The notes beneath the pieces are model-generated. The model worked only from the letters and a program-made list of their open reading frames with translations. It ran no database searches and had not been told where the DNA came from. A program made the translations under genes and the position numbers. A stretch of 64,000 bases of DNA, taken from sequence record NC_049438.1. One strand, written 5' to 3'. Positions 63,238 to 64,000 of the stretch are shown piece by piece. The stretch is from Acinetobacter phage vB_ApiM_fHyAci03. Numbering within the stretch: position 1 is the stretch's first letter; each line of letters starts with the position of its first letter.

Positions 63238-63842
63238 TCAAGTGCCTCTGCAATTTTGTCAGTATTTCCTAATTTGGTGAGACGTTCAGTTCGTGTGAAT
63301 TTCACAAGTGTGCCCTTTGTTGCCACCCAATGATATGAATCATTACGGTGAAATAACTGGCCGGGCTTCTTGTGCATTTTCGTTTGTGGTACATAGATTT
63401 CACCACGAATGACTTCGCCTACTGTAGTGAATCCTTTAATATCACTTTCGGATACCATAGGCAAGCTGGTAGAGTTTTCAGTGAAAATAATGTAGTAAGT
63501 GTTGTAGTCGACCCAAATCTTTACTTGGCCAATGCCATCAACAAAACTTGTTGCATTTTCGAGTAAATATTTCTTCCACCCAGCGGTTGAGCCAAATGAT
63601 GGTCTACCATTAGCTTCAAATGCGCCTTTAGTAGTTTCAGACATTATGTCTAAATCTTTTAATGAGACACCTAACTGATTTGCCTGATGTTTTAATGCAC
63701 CATACAAATCTGATAACTCAACTTGTGCCATTATACGATTGTCTGAAGCAAGAGCATCAATAAATTCTTGAGCCTCTTCAATAAGTTTGTATGCACTTGA
63801 GTGCACACTTTTCTTTATGTCTGCTACATGATACCCAGCCAT
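63219..63842 (-). CDS. MazG-like nucleotide pyrophosphohydrolase-domain protein
   Basis: 207 aa. N-terminal …LIEEAQEFIDAL…AQVELSDLYGAL… is an EExxE/D…E..D MazG-type helix pair. Confidence 0.45.
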   Translation of the reverse strand: MAGYHVADIKKSVHSSAYKLIEEAQEFIDALASDNRIMAQVELSDLYGALKHQANQLGVSLKDLDIMSETTKGAFEANGRPSFGSTAGWKKYLLENATSFVDGIGQVKIWVDYNTYYIIFTENSTSLPMVSESDIKGFTTVGEVIRGEIYVPQTKMHKKPGQLFHRNDSYHWVATKGTLVKFTRTERLTKLGNTDKIAEALECLNDI

Positions 63843-64000
63843 TATTTATTCTCCCAGACTATTTTGCCGCCATATTGTGCAAATTGACTACGATATTCAT
63901 ACCCATTGTCTTCCCATTCGTGTTTTTCAGGATTCCACATTTTGAATGGCTTTTGCGTAGTATCATATACCGCAACCTGATCTTTAGATGAATCTTCTTC
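63842..64000 (-). CDS. hypothetical protein, C-terminal 52 codons (5' part lies beyond window end)
   Basis: Open frame running off the right edge, ending at TAA 63842..63844 (…QFAQYGGKIVWENK-stop). Confidence 0.4.
   Translation of the reverse strand, partial: EEDSSKDQVAVYDTTQKPFKMWNPEKHEWEDNGYEYRSQFAQYGGKIVWENK

Noticed and set aside
1-64000. CRISPR arrays, integrase/attachment sites, transposases
   Set aside because: No short direct-repeat/spacer arrays and no integrase- or transposase-like ORFs were seen. The only long repeats are the single inverted pair at 17.0 and 48.0 kb and the promoter cassettes.

Overview
This window is a T4-like (Tevenvirinae-type) myovirus early/middle gene region. 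Essentially every convincing gene lies on the minus strand, from rIIA at the left edge to nrdC and beyond at the right. The conserved T4 backbone can be read directly from the protein sequences. It runs rIIA, rIIA.1, the split topoisomerase II (gp39, an HNH endonuclease, gp60), dexA, dda, gp56 dCTPase, gp61 primase, gp41 helicase, the split DNA polymerase (43B then 43A), regA, gp62, gp44, gp45, rpbA, gp46, gp47, gp55, a nrdH-like glutaredoxin, gp49 EndoVII and nrdC. Non-T4 cargo and hyperplastic blocks of small ORFs sit between these genes. Most of those blocks are preceded by T4-type early promoters (GTTTAC -35, TATAAT -10) embedded in stem-loops of the PeSL type. The points worth a second look are these. 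(1) Gene 60 is split by an HNH homing-endonuclease gene and carries a programmed translational bypass of 40 nt, not the canonical 50 nt. Take-off is at GAU inside a UUCG-tetraloop hairpin followed by UAG, landing is at GAC, and an SD-like GAG sits 6 nt before the landing codon. This is a non-GGA variant of the T4 gene 60 element. (2) A DNA-modification island spans 36.2-43.4 kb. It contains a thymidylate-synthase-family hydroxymethylase (gp42-like), with gp56 dCTPase present elsewhere in the window, two paralogous GT-B glycosyltransferases and a P-loop nucleotide kinase. It also has an SIS-domain sugar-phosphate isomerase of the arabinose-5-phosphate isomerase type, a HAD phosphatase and a fused sugar-1-kinase/NDP-sugar pyrophosphorylase. 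Together these look like an NDP-pentose (probably arabinose) supply line for glycosylating hmC DNA. (3) A tiny ArfA-like ORF has its stop codon inside a terminator hairpin. (4) A TARG1/DarG-type macrodomain protein, an SMR transporter, a glutathionylspermidine-synthase homolog and a membrane J-domain protein are present. (5) A roughly 130-bp inverted repeat occurs at 17.0 kb and 48.0 kb. It contains GC-rich hairpins and a MotA-box-like promoter. The second copy lies inside the 2-kb insertion that splits the DNA polymerase into 43A and 43B.
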